DNA from: Octopus sinensis
Taxonomy: Eukaryota
DNA length: 64,000 nucleotides
Assembly (NCBI RefSeq): GCF_006345805.1
Contig: NC_042998.1
Span: 139,624,001 to 139,688,000, forward strand
Direction of reading: 5' to 3'
Made by a program: the position numbers and the translations under genes. The notes under the pieces are model-generated. The model was given only the letters and a program-made list of their open reading frames with translations, was not told the origin of the DNA and did not search any database. Shown here one piece after another: positions 1 to 12,242 of the stretch (position 1 is the first letter of the stretch; every line of letters begins with the position of its first letter).

Positions 1-139
1 CATAATTTTGAAATATCTATAGAACCGTCAAAATCTCGTTTATTCTAATGTTTTTTATTTATTTATTTATTTATTTATTTATTATTAGTGTTGCTTAATA
101 TGTTTGGCTAAAATTGCTGTTTCTTTTCGGATATCATCA

Positions 140-1084
140 GAAAAGGTAATTAAAATCGAAAGTAATGACAGCCTTTGAGAAAGAGGGAAAAACCTCCTTG
201 TCGAAACAAACCTCCGGAAGAAAACCAAAACTTTCAGATAGGGACCGCCGGACTCTTACGCGAATTGTTAGAAAGGATCACAAAAGTACAGCTCCCAAAA
301 TTTCTGCAGAGCTTAATGACTACCTCGAGAACCCAGTTTCCACAAAACCTGTTCGCCGGGAGTTGCACAATGCCGGATTTCAAGGGAAGGCTGCAATTAG
401 AAAACCAGTACTTTCAAAAGCAAACGTTGCAAAGCGTTTAGAGTAGAGTAAAAACCTACAGAATTGGTCCCTAGAGCAGTGGAAGAATGTTATTTTCTCG
501 GATGAGTCATCCTTTACCTTATTTCTGACCAACGGCCGAGTATACGTATGGAGACAGCCAAAAGAAGCATTTGACCCAGACTGCTTTCTTCCAACTGTTA
601 AACATGGAAGAGGATCTGTGATGATCTGGTGAAGCGGGGGGGGGTATATCTTGGACAAAAAGCCAGTCCAATGGTTTTCCTTCATGGCAAAATTAATAGT
701 CAAGAATATTTAAGAATTTTATCTGATCAAATTCATACTATGGTTGCAGAACTGTTTCGGAGGGAGACGCAATCTTTCAGGATGATAATGCACCAATTCA
801 CATAGCTAAAGTTGTTACTGAATGGCACAAGGAACATTCTAGTTAAGTTGAACATCTTTTCTGGCCACCACAGTCCCCAGATCTCAATATTATTGAACAT
901 TTATGGTGCATTTTAGAAAAACAAGTAAGGAGTCGATATCCTCCACCATCATCACTACAAGAATTGGAGACTCTTTAAGCTGAAGAATGGACAAAAATTC
1001 CTTTGGAAACAAGTCAACTTTGTACACGTCCATATCTCTTAGAATTCAAACTGTAATTACTGTCAAAGGTGGTCCTACCCCATA

Positions 1085-1087
<3 letters not shown>
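140..1087 (+). pseudogene. Tc1-like (Tc1/mariner) transposase remnant with stops and frameshifts
   Basis: ORF 165-446 gives an HTH-like GRKPKLSDRDRR...RRELH segment. Reading through the stop gives VIFSDES, then FQDDNAPIH and WPPQSPDLNIIEHLW, the Tc1 DDE motifs. It ends next to a (TA)n tract. Confidence 0.93.

Positions 1088-1151
<64 letters not shown>
1088..1151. repeat. (TA)n microsatellite
   Basis: Direct dinucleotide run. Confidence 0.99.
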
Positions 1152-1153
<2 letters not shown>

Positions 1154-1189
1154 ACAATAATAATAACAAGGGTTATTACGAAGTGACAT

Positions 1190-1810
1190 TGCATTACCTT
1201 TAATCCTTTTTATATATACAGTTTTACATAGACACATGTTTCAACTGCACTGATTAATAACCGTTGGAATTGCAACCCTATTATGGTTATTATGGTACTG
1301 GTGCAGTTTCTTTAGGAACTTAAATATCCTTCGATTTATCTGTAAAGTTTTTCGTTTATCTACTGTGCGTTGTATGATGTAGAGTTGTTCGTTAAATTAG
1401 ACGCCAACTGTCTTCAATTCAAGTTTTGATTGGATAATCACTTATAGTCCGTTATTCAAAACAATTGTTTATTGTTCATTTATACTGGGCAAATGTGAAC
1501 TTCCTTATGCGCAAGCATCTCAAAGTTTGTTCCTGTTTAGAATTTATTACATTCCCCTTAGATGTAAAAATTTGGTAAACTTCTTCTAAACCTAAATCAC
1601 ATTTTCTAGTTCCAGGTCTGTATGGTTTTGCAGTACAACTTAATTCCCAATTGATAGTATAGTCTTTGGTTGTCTTTAACAGACCACATTAATTTACTAA
1701 GACTTGTTTAGAATTTTTTTTTATCTCAAATACCGTTATCCTATTTACGTTTATGTGTAGTGAAAAACTGAGTCCATCTCATTCACGTTATTGTCACCCT
1801 TCTGATGCAA
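1190..1810 (-). mobile_element. Penelope-like element 3' remnant (GIY-YIG endonuclease C-terminus and terminal repeat)
   Basis: Minus strand reads TSLSKLMW..KDYTINWELSCTAKPYRPGTRKCDLGLEEVYQIF..VINSKQE..RCLRIRKF*, which resembles the PLE GIY-YIG C-terminal region. A decayed hammerhead-like core follows at 1225-1316. Confidence 0.7.
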
Positions 1811-3007
1811 ACCGAACGTAACCATATTCTTTGTTTATATATAACATACAAAGTGAAAGTGAACCAAAAGAAGCTGATATGTAGATATATAATAGCAATG
1901 TAACTTTAGTATTACTTCTTAAAATAATTGTTATACATATGCAAATATGCCCCACCGACTTTTTTCCTCGTGACTTCTAGAAAACTGGGTATTTTTTAAT
2001 AAAATGTTCTACAAATACACTTCAGATGGTGTAGGTTTTGATTGCAGTGAAAAAAAAAACAAACATATTTTCGTGGCAGCGGAGAGAAAAGTTTCAGAAA
2101 ATTCACATAAGTCGGCATTGTCTCTTCATAACTTTCAGAAAAAAAGAGTATTTTTAATTGAAGATTTCTTCAAATACCTTTCAGAATGTGCAGATTACGA
2201 TTATATCAGAATTTAATATGGAAATAAAAATTGGTGGTATAGCACGTACATACTGGCGCACTTCACACATTTTTTGGAAAAATTAATTTCGCAGCAACTT
2301 CCGACATACCATCTGAAGCCTATTTGTTGAATTTTTAAAAAGAATATCTTTAAATGATATTGACTAAAAGTGACCTTGCAATTAAAACATTAAGGGCGCA
2401 CCTAAAATACCAACTTTTATAAGAAATAGTTAAAAGTTCAGCAAAACATGCCTCACCGGTTTATCAATGACAGTCACACAAAATAAAGCACAGCGTGGGC
2501 ATAACTCCAGCTACATTCAACAAATATGAGACGTATGATGTGAAAGACCACAGAAATGTGTTGTCTATTAACAGCGAATAGTATAAAAGACATTTCTGCC
2601 ATCATGATGACATTTAAACCTAGTTAGATTGAAAATAGCGAAAATTGCCTGGGTTTGATGTTTTTTTTTGTTTTATTTTCTGAAGAGACTTAAATCATGA
2701 TGTTTGTATTTATTTTAAATGATATTGAAAAACTATATTTTCAAAGTTATGTCGAGCTCCTTACATGGGTCTGCATTTGATGGAGCCAAATCTGCCCTTA
2801 GAAATGGGGATAATACCGGAAATATTGAAAAATGGACATTTGAGTTTGTGAAAAATCTTGACGTGATAGAGTAAAATAAATTTCACTTTTGAAATCAGCT
2901 CCCCAAATTACTAGAAAACATTTCTCCAACACCAGACAACAAAGATCATGTCATCCAGTGTAAGCCGTCAGGTGACACTTAAATTACCAATCAAAACAAA
3001 TTCTATA

Positions 3008-3008
<1 letters not shown>

Positions 3009-3098
<90 letters not shown>

Positions 3099-3130
3099 CG
3101 TGCGTGCATGCGTGCGTGTGTGAGTGTGTG
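3009..3130. repeat. (TG)n/(TGCG)n microsatellite
   Basis: Direct repeat run. Confidence 0.99.
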
Positions 3131-3508
3131 TTTTTATACTATAAATTGAGGGAGAAAATTGTATATTAAAATGTTAGTCGTGAGAAATGTTCAGAAGAAA
3201 GACAGTTGGTCATGTAAAATATATATAATTATGTTGCTAAGTATTCAATCTACTTTAATTTCCCTCGGAAGTACACAGGGGGATTAAATGCCATGATGAA
3301 ACTTTTGTCTCGGCTCTCTTAATCGATAACCAAGACAAGAAGAAACAAATCTGATGTAAAAGCCGTGCTGAAATTTGATAACGGTATAACAAATCCACAG
3401 CTATATATCAAACATAATTTATGTTATAAATTTATGTCTATTATCTACATCTGATAACAATTAGTAAGTAACCGAATAAGAATTGTCGCTTGGTTTGCGT
3501 TCTTTTAT

Positions 3509-3575
<67 letters not shown>

Positions 3576-4919
3576 GAAGCAAAAAAAAAAGAAGAGTGCC
3601 ATTGTTATCAAGCGAACGATATTTCGACATCTCGTGTGTCTTCCACAGGTTCAAAAAATAAACTTATCAATCTACTTCGTTTTGGTAAAATATTAACCAA
3701 AATATTAACCAAAACGAAGTAGATTGACAAGTTTATTTTTTGAACTTGTGGAAGACACATGAGATATTGAAATATCGTTCACTTGATGACAATGACATTT
3801 TTCTTTTTTTGCTTCTATACTTTCTGGAGGAGTAACCTCAATCCTATAAATATTATTCTTCTATGTTTGACTTTTGCTTTATATTTGTACAAGTTGGCTC
3901 CAAGTCTCACCCAGAGACCTCAAGAGACAACAGGGTTGGAAGTTCTGTGTTGTTATGCTAGTGTGCCATATATTTGGGGGTTGGGATGTTTACTAATGAA
4001 TGTCTACAAAAAAAAAAGTTTTTTTTGTTGTTTTTTTGTTTTTTTTTTGTTTTTTTTAACCCGAAAAATTATGGTTGTTTTAAACCTGAGGTGACAAGAG
4101 AGTATTTTGCGTAGGATTATGAGCAGTTTCCATGAGCACATCTTTTGAACTTCTGCCATTTTTGGGTTTCCTGGTATTGAGTTAGGTAGCTATCAGCCCC
4201 TTTTGCTATCATTCCCAGGGCACCTATGACAACAGGTATTGTTTTAGTCTTCAGCTTCCACATTTTGTGTTCTATTTCAAGATCTTTATATTTGCTCAGT
4301 TTTGGTAGGTCCTGACAGATACGTTATATCGATTGGGACAGTCATATCAATGAGGAGGCAGTTCTTTGTTTGAAGTCTTTCAATAGTCTGGCCTATTTGC
4401 ATCATCTTCCTGTCAGTTTGAATGGTGAAGTTCCAGAGGAGTGAGATGGTCATTTTCAAGCACTGGGGGTGGTTTGTGTTCCCACCGTTTTTTCAGGGGC
4501 AAATCCAGGTTTTACAGATTACCAGTGAATATATTGTGCAGCTCTCGTGCCTGTTGAGATACTTGTAGGCGCTAGAAGACTGCACTTGAGACCAGATGGT
4601 CATGTTTCATTTTTGCTTGCATACACGCACGTTGGATGTTCTGATCTTTAATATGTTGCCTGTAGTTTCTTGTTGGTAGGCATGATTTGAGCTGCTATGA
4701 TAAAACCCTCTGTTCAGATTTTAAGCCAGAGGCCATTAGCCATTGATGGGTCAGGTTTTGTCGATAATGCATTATTCGCTCCTTTGGGTATTTTGCCCAT
4801 AGAGAGTTTCTTGCCATTTATTATTCAGAATATCTAAAGGCGCAGTTTTGCACGGGTTTCATGGCCTAGCTTTTTCTGTGCTTGTTTCTGTATGTATTCT
4901 CTAATTCCGAAATTGGTTG
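3576..4919 (-). mobile_element. 5'-truncated R4/Dong-like (RLE) non-LTR retrotransposon, copy A (indel-rich duplicate of 4996-6386)
   Basis: Collinear with 4996-6386 throughout, with the same truncation point (ctctaattccgaaattggttg). Flanked by (TAA)n at 3506-3575 and 4920-4995. Confidence 0.85.
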
Positions 4920-4921
4920 TT

Positions 4922-4979
<58 letters not shown>

Positions 4980-4995
4980 TATTATTATTATTATT

Positions 4996-6383
4996 AGAAG
5001 CAAAAAAAGAAGAGTGCCATTGTTATCAAGTGAACGATATTTCGACATCTCGTGTGTCTTCCACAGGTTCAAAAAATAAACTTATCATCTACTTCGTTTT
5101 GGTAAAATATTAACCAAAATATTAACCAAAACGAAGTAGATTGACAAGTTTATTTTTTGAACTTGTGAAGACACATGAGATATTGAAATATCGTTCACTT
5201 GATGACAATGACATTTTTCTTTTTTTGCTTCTATACTTTCTGGAGGAGTAACCTCAATCCTATAAATATTATTATTATTCTATGTTTGACTTTTGCTTTA
5301 TATTTGTACAAGTTGGCTCCAAGTCTCACCCAGAGACCTCAAGAGACAACAGGGTTGGAAGTTCATGTTGTTGTTATGCCTAGTGTGCCATATATTTGGG
5401 GGGTGGGGATGTTGTACTAATGAATGTCTACAAAAAAAAAAGTTTTTTTTTGTTGTTTTTTTTTGTTTTTTTTTTGTTTTTTTTTTTAAACCGAAAATTA
5501 TGGTTGTTTTAAACCTTGAGGTTACATAGAGAGTATTTTGCGTAGGATATGAGCAGTTCCCATGAGCACTATCTTTTGAACTTCTGCCATTTTTGGGTTT
5601 CCTGGTATCTGAGTTAGGTAGCTATCAGCCCCTTTTGCTATCATTCCCAGGGCACCTATGACAACAGGTATTGTTTTAGTCTTCAGCTTCCACATTTGCT
5701 GATTTCTATTTCAAGATCTTTATATTTGCTCATTTTTGGTAGGTCCTGACAGATACGTTTATATCGATTGGGACAGTCATATCAATGAGGAGGCATGTTC
5801 TTTGTTTGAAGTCTTTCAATATGATCTGTCTGGCCTATTTGCATCTATCTTCCTGTCAGTTTGAATGGTGAAGTTCCAGAGGAGTGAGATGTGGTCATTT
5901 TCAAGCACTGGGGGTGGTTTGTGTTCCCACCAGTTTTTTCATGGGCAAATCCAGGTTTTACAGATTACCCAGTGAATATTGTGCAGCTCTATCGTGCCTG
6001 TTGAGATACTCTGTAGGCGCTAGAAGACTGCACTTGGAGACCACATGGTCAATGGTTTTCATTTTGTTGGCTTGCATACACGACACGTTGGACTGCTTCT
6101 GATCTTTAATATGTTGGCCTGGTAGTTTCTGTGTGGTAGGCATTGATCTTGAGCTGCTATGATAAACCCTCTGTTTCAGATTTTAAGCCAGAGGCCATTA
6201 GCCATTGATGGGTCGGGTTTTGTCGATATCTGCATTATTCGCTCTCTTTGGTATTTGCCATAGAGAGGTTTTTCTTGCATTTATTATTCAGAATATCTAA
6301 GGCCGCAGTTTTGGCACGGGTTTTATGCGCCTAGCTTTTTCTGTGCTTGTTTCTTGTATGTCTATCTCTAATTCCGAAATTGG

Positions 6384-6386
<3 letters not shown>
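4996..6386 (-). mobile_element. 5'-truncated R4/Dong-like (RLE) non-LTR retrotransposon, copy B
   Basis: Minus strand reads HQWLMASGLKSETEGFIIAAQDQ, the CCHC region TIDHVVSKCSLLAPTEYLNRHD, and the RLE C-terminus KYKDLEIEI..WKLKTKTIPVVIGALGMIAKG..VQKIVLMGTAHILRKILSM*. A 3' UTR and (TAA)n tail follow. Confidence 0.88.
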
Positions 6387-6454
<68 letters not shown>

Positions 6455-6461
6455 GTTATTA

Positions 6462-7150
6462 CTCAGCAGTCTTACTTTTATCACATGTTTTCACTGCACT
6501 ACCGAGCGCAGCTCTGTATGCCTTGGGTATGTGCTGTGGTTTGTTCTGGTGCTCTTATTTTCACTGTATTGAAAGCGTTTTACGTAGGATGTGTGCGATG
6601 CGTAGTAGTGCTATTTTCTGTATGTTGTATGTACTTGTCAGTCCTGGAGTTTTTGTTATGTTTGAATGTTTTTTATCATACCTAATGCGCCTACTATAAT
6701 AGGAGTTGTTTATGATTTTAGGCTCCACATTCGAGTTACCTCTATTTCCAAATCTTAGTATTTTGATAGCTTTTCCGTTTCTTTTAGAGAAACGTTGTCA
6801 TCTGTTGATACTGATACATCGATTAGAAAGCATTTTTTGTAGGTGATCTATGACAACTATATTCGGCTTTTTAGCCTTGATTTCTCTGTCTGTGTGTGTT
6901 GGCATATCCCAGAGTATGGTTGCTTTCTCATTTTCTATGACCTTTTTCTGACGTTGCCTGTACCATCATTTTTCTGTTGATATTCTATAGTGTTGGCATA
7001 GCTTCCAGTGTATATAGGTCCCAACTCTGTCTTGTCTATGAATATATTCCTTCTTAGCCAGGACTAGGCAGCCAGAAACAATATGATTTATTGTCTCTTC
7101 TCTATCACCACATATTCTGCAGTTGCTTGTATTTCTCTTCGTTATGTGTT
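6462..7150 (-). mobile_element. Second R4/Dong-like family, 3' fragment
   Basis: Minus strand reads CRICGDREETINHIVSGCLVLAKKEYIHRQDRVGTYIHWKLC (CCHC), ATILWDMPTHTDREIKAKKPNIVVID and AHILRKTLSIQ*. Its tail runs into (TAA)n at 6387-6461. Confidence 0.88.
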
Positions 7151-7152
7151 TT

Positions 7153-7262
7153 TGGTGATTACTGGGTCCATGAAATAAGTACCAGTTGATTACTGGGGTC
7201 GATGTAATCGACTAACCCCCTTCCGCAAATTTCAGGCCTTTTGCCTATAGTGGAAAAGATTA
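7153..7262 (+). mobile_element. 3' fragment of the dominant tRNA-derived SINE (tail type B)
   Basis: aaataagtaccagtt..ctggggtcgatgtaatcgact..ggccttttgcctatagtggaaaagattatt matches the other copies. Confidence 0.8.
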
Positions 7263-7452
7263 TTTAAAACAATCCTTTTCAAATGACAAGTCAGTGTGAC
7301 TTGCAAAAACCACACAACCTTGTGATTACAAATGAAAAGCTAAATACTGAGATAAGGAAAAACACTCATGACGAAGAAAAAATACAAACATGGATAGCAA
7401 TCTCTCCTCATCAGTTGTTAACTGGAGGTCATAGCGATTTCGGCAGCTTTTA

Positions 7453-7499
<47 letters not shown>

Positions 7500-7852
7500 A
7501 TATATATACAAATAACCACTTGTTTGAGCTCAATATACATATACTTTAGAGTAAATTTTCAGGAGATTACCGACCATGACATCAATTAATGAATGACAAA
7601 AGAACAGGAGTCACGTAATGACATTCATTAGCTTACAGCTGTTTCTGCTACAAGAAGCACTGCTCTCAGAACTAAGTGCTTCTGCAACATATATCTTTCT
7701 TGGAGCCATTAAAATATATGATATAATCATTTATATATCCTAATTCAGTAGCCAATTTTAAAATTTTTTATGTGTAATCCTAAAACTTTGTAGTTTAGAG
7801 TCTCCTGTTGCAGAATAAATCTCATACATTTGCTTGTTTTTTTTTCCTTTAG

Positions 7853-7927
7853 ATAATTTGAGAAAAATGTTAACCAAAGCCAAGAAACTTCGAAAAAGGG
7901 CAGAAAAGGACAAGAAAAAAATTCAAG
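7853..7927 (+). CDS. Predicted internal coding exon of an unidentified coiled-coil protein gene (DNLRKMLTKAKKLRKRAEKDKKKIQ)
   Basis: Acceptor ttttttcctttAG, donor GTaact. 75 nt, phase 1-1, open, and in frame with the next exons. Confidence 0.75.
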
Positions 7928-8268
7928 GTAACTACATGTAATAATAAACTTATTGGTTATTTTCTTTTTACTAGACATTAATCCCTTTCTAGAATCAGTA
8001 GGGGATTAATGACGCCTTTAATAATTTACTAATTTGTTTCCTTCAAATTATAGGGTTCGTATATAAAAAGAGAAATTATTTTGATATTACAACGGTTGTT
8101 CTTTGTTCACTGTGTTTGAAAATAATGAGAAACATATTGTAGAAAAATTTGAATTATGTTTTCTCGTATCACAACAATATATAATATATACTCAATCATA
8201 TATATATATATACGTCTGTATACATATGTGTGTATGTACACACACACACACACAGACATATATATATA

Positions 8269-8317
<49 letters not shown>

Positions 8318-8821
8318 TTGTGTGTGTGTGTGTGTGCATTTATGGCTGGATTTATGTATGTATCTCAGTCGTCAGTTTCGTCTGACATTCTGACGAATCC
8401 AACAATCAGTTAAACTTCGATGACACAATCAAATTTTTCCATGTCAAGATAAATGTGACACTTTAATTAAAAGTACAGTATGATCTTTCAACTTATGCTT
8501 GACTTTTGTGTACGCAACACGAAATATAAACAAAAAAGATATATATGATATAAATATTTTGATAAACCTTCGAGAAACACTGGTGAGATCAATTAGTTAT
8601 GTTAGGTGAAATCAATTAATAAGAACAAAAAGAAAATATTGTATTTTGTTGCGTATTTCGGGAAAGATTCTCCTTATCAAATATAGGAAATAATATAATT
8701 CATGAGTTCGAAAAAAATTTTATCGGCAGACTACTGTATTGTATTATATTATATTATATATGTGTATACATGTATTAGAAAAGGATTACACACACACACA
8801 CACACACACACATACACACAC

Positions 8822-8854
<33 letters not shown>

Positions 8855-8882
8855 GTAATCCTTTTCTTTTTCTCTATAACAG

Positions 8883-8957
8883 ACTCATTTGACGAACAAA
8901 ACATGAAGCATGGTGAATTCAGAGAGAAAATGATAAAAGAATCAGAAAACATTAAAG
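8883..8957 (+). CDS. Predicted internal coding exon (DSFDEQNMKHGEFREKMIKESENIK)
   Basis: Acceptor ttttctttttctctataacAG, donor GTtaat. 75 nt, phase 1-1, open. Confidence 0.72.
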
Positions 8958-9315
8958 GTTAATACATTTCATCATTTCCCTTAGTATGTATATATGTATG
9001 TATATGCGTGTGGAAGTCGTACATCTTCCAGAAAATATTTGAAAAAAAACTAAAGAAATCAATTTCAAAATCTGTAAGATACCTGAACTATCCCTTTTTT
9101 ACTTCTTCCCCACTTTTTATTGGCTAACTCCATCAAGGACGTTACAGCTGATAGTTTTATCTGTCAGTATATTTTCTGTAAATATTATATTAATATTATA
9201 TTAATTTAATACATTATATTAATAAATGATATACATTTGTAGCCATTTGGCTAAAGACCTGTATATTAAATATTCTAAAACAGAAAAAAGATGAGATAAT
9301 CAAAAAAGGATAAAA

Positions 9316-9402
9316 GACAAATTCGACCTCAGCGGAATTTGAGCTCAGAACATAAAGACGGACGCGCCCGGCGTGCTAAAGATTCTTCCAGCTCGCCGTC
9401 TT
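9316..9402 (-). mobile_element. SINE head fragment (dominant family)
   Basis: cggaatttgagctcagaac and ccagctcgccgtctt are the reverse complement of the SINE head. Confidence 0.7.
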
Positions 9403-9503
9403 AATAATAATAATGATGGTGACAATGATGATGATGACAAAGAGGGAAAGGTGAATGACAGTAAGATATCATTCTTAGATTTCATATTTCCTTTTATTTA
9501 CAG

Positions 9504-9569
9504 CTGAATATGCAACAATGATCCAAGAGGAACGCAGTACAAGTCTTGTTATGGAAGAAAAATTGAAAG
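9504..9569 (+). CDS. Predicted internal coding exon (AEYATMIQEERSTSLVMEEKLK)
   Basis: Acceptor ttccttttatttacAG, donor GTaatc. 66 nt, phase 1-1, open. Confidence 0.75.
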
Positions 9570-10219
9570 GTAATCAGACTAACGAAACGTATTCCGCAAA
9601 TTTGAATGAGATACGAATATTAGATAAAAACAATAAAACCATCTTCTGAAATTCAGACAAAATATCAGTCTTTCGGCTGTCAAATTAGTGTCAGCCAAAA
9701 GTCATAACGAGAGAATAAGAACTTGTACAGCTTAGTAGCTTGCTTACATTTCATGTAGGTGTAGTGCAGATTATTACATATAAGGAGAATTGTGTAAATG
9801 ACAAGTATGCGTTATAGTACTGAGCTTACATAGATGTGTTTGAAGCAATCTTCTCTAACAATAATGAATAACAGCGAAACAAGCCAGCATCCCATTGAAT
9901 TATTCTACAAGTTTTATTGTGACTTCTATGGACAAAGGGGGCGTAACTCTAATTCTCTTTCTTTTCTTTCCTTTCTTTTCCCGTTTTTATTCACCCTTTG
10001 TCTTCTGGTTCTACTTTTTGCACCACCCTTCTAGCTTTTCTTGCGGTTTCGCATATACAAGGGTCCAGATTTTCAAATAGAGCAAATCATGTGCTCAGAG
10101 CCAGAGGATTGCTTGGAGACACAAGGCATGTTATAAAACCTGCGAAGCTACGTGTCTTAATGGCACGAAACTATCAGTGACTGTTATTTTAATGTAGTGT
10201 ACATTAGATTTTATAAATA

Positions 10220-10255
<36 letters not shown>

Positions 10256-10670
10256 TGTATGTATGTATATATATACATACATGCTATTATGCAAAAGTTT
10301 CCTAAGTCCAAAATGTTGCTCTTTTAGAAAACGAAAAAATAGTTTCACCATTCTATTTCTTTTTACATTAGCTACAGTTTCAGCTTAACAATAATACTTT
10401 GTTGGGATGCATAAAATCGCAACTCCATGCATGTATGATATTTTCAGTCAGAAATATTTTTGCAAAACTGTCGTATGTGGGACTTGCTACACTTTTATAA
10501 ATGCTTCTTTTTATGTTCAGTTATTATAAATACTATTTTACATTAATCTGACGAGTTACTCTATATTTTAGTAGAGTACAAATTTATTCTTCTTCCGAAA
10601 CTTCGATGTCACTGTCAACAAGATTCTTGTATAAGGATAATAAATTATATATATATATAGTTGATAGACT

Positions 10671-10746
<76 letters not shown>

Positions 10747-10758
10747 CGTATGTATGTA

Positions 10759-10881
10759 CGAGGGGTGTATGGAAAGTCTTGAGGCTCAAAAAATCAAAAC
10801 ATGGTACAAGACTTCTGATGAAGGTATAAGACTTCAAGTCTCAAAGGCCTTGAAGGCTCAAAACTTTTCATACACTCCTCG
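10759..10881. mobile_element. Very short mariner-type MITE
   Basis: TIRs cgaggggtgtatggaaagtcttgag and ctcaaaacttttcatacactcctcg, with TA on both flanks. Confidence 0.85.
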
Positions 10882-11186
10882 TATGTATATAAATATATAC
10901 ACACGTGCGTGCTTGTGTGCGTGCATCTATATGTGTATATGCATGTGAGTGTGTGTGTGTGTGGTGTGTGTGTGTGTGTGTATTTGTATGTGTAAATATA
11001 TGTGTGTGCGTGTTGGACGTCATAAGAACTTATAAACTTTTGAGAAAATATGAAAGAATTCATTTTTGGAATTGGATCTCAAAGTGCATAAATGGTATAA
11101 ATAATAGCATGTAAAAATTGGGTTGAAAAATCTTTTTGGATAGACTAAATCGAAGGCTGTCCAATTCCAGAAAAGAGTTATGTTAT

Positions 11187-11219
<33 letters not shown>

Positions 11220-11329
11220 CACACACACACACACACTCACTCATACACACATACACACATACTTGCATATGCATATATATACTTGATGGGACAAAAGAAA
11301 TCATGAAGTGATTAATTAAGGTAAGTAAT

Positions 11330-11470
11330 ATTGGTTTCAAATTTTGGCGCAAGGCCAGTAATTTCGGGGGATGGGGCTGAGCCAATTACATCGACTCCAG
11401 TGCTCAATTGGTACTTATTTTATCAACCCTCGAAAGGATGAAAGGCAAAGTCAACGTCGGCGAAATTAGT
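11330..11470 (-). mobile_element. SINE 3' part (tail type C)
   Basis: Reverse complement of the core plus the ..ggccttgcgccaaaatttgaaacc tail. Confidence 0.8.
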
Positions 11471-12242
11471 GTAATTAATATTAAAATATAATTTGGTTTT
11501 GTGCAAAAATTTGAAACTAATATTAAAATATAATTAAAGTTTATTAGAAAAATAAATCAGATTGAAAATTTTTGTCTTGGCTAGTATTTTTGTTCCTCTT
11601 CTATCACAAAATGTAGTAAATGAGAGAGAATAAGAGTGAGAAGAGGAGGGAAGAAGGGAGAAGGAAACGAGAAAGAATGATTAATAAAGAGAACGAAAGT
11701 AAGATGGGAATGAAAGAAGGAAAGAAAGAAGAAAAGGTAAGAGAGGAAGACAGATAGTGAGAATGTAACTTCTGACCGCAGACAAGGCCAAAAAAAAAAA
11801 AAAAACGAAAGAAAGAATAAATGACATTTTTTAACTGTATGAAGCATCACCGAGATTTGAAACAGGTTATGTTCAACAACGAGAAGGGGAAAACAGAAAA
11901 GAATTTAAAAAAAAAAAGAGAAAAATTAAAGAGAAGAAAAAGAAAAAGTCGAGCGTTTGTGAAGTTTCTATCAACACAAAACTTCTTTCTGAACGTGACA
12001 CATAGAATACTCGACAAAGACTGGTGAAACTGCTCAAACGTTTTCACCAGAATTGTCTGTTTTGTTGTTTATGAAAGGTTAGCTGAGAAGAATATGACTT
12101 CCGATACCGAGTCCAAGTATCATGGCGTGTCTCATGAAAACAGATTGACAAAGGCTGGTCAAGTGATACAGCTAAATGGTTGCCGATTTGTCAAGCAAGT
12201 TTTATGTAAACTGTTAATTGGCTATACAAGCAGACTACACAG

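Noticed and set aside
124-141. Minus-strand CTGATGA..GAAA
   Set aside because: Only 5 nt separate the motifs and they do not pair. It lies in the Tc1 leader.
1870-2930. Possible DNA transposon remnant around ORF 2004-2216
   Set aside because: I could not identify TIRs or transposase motifs.
10041-10180. Alternative terminal exon AFLAVSHIQG..RNYQ*
   Set aside because: Phase-compatible, but the composition does not continue the coiled coil and the acceptor is less convincing than 13563.
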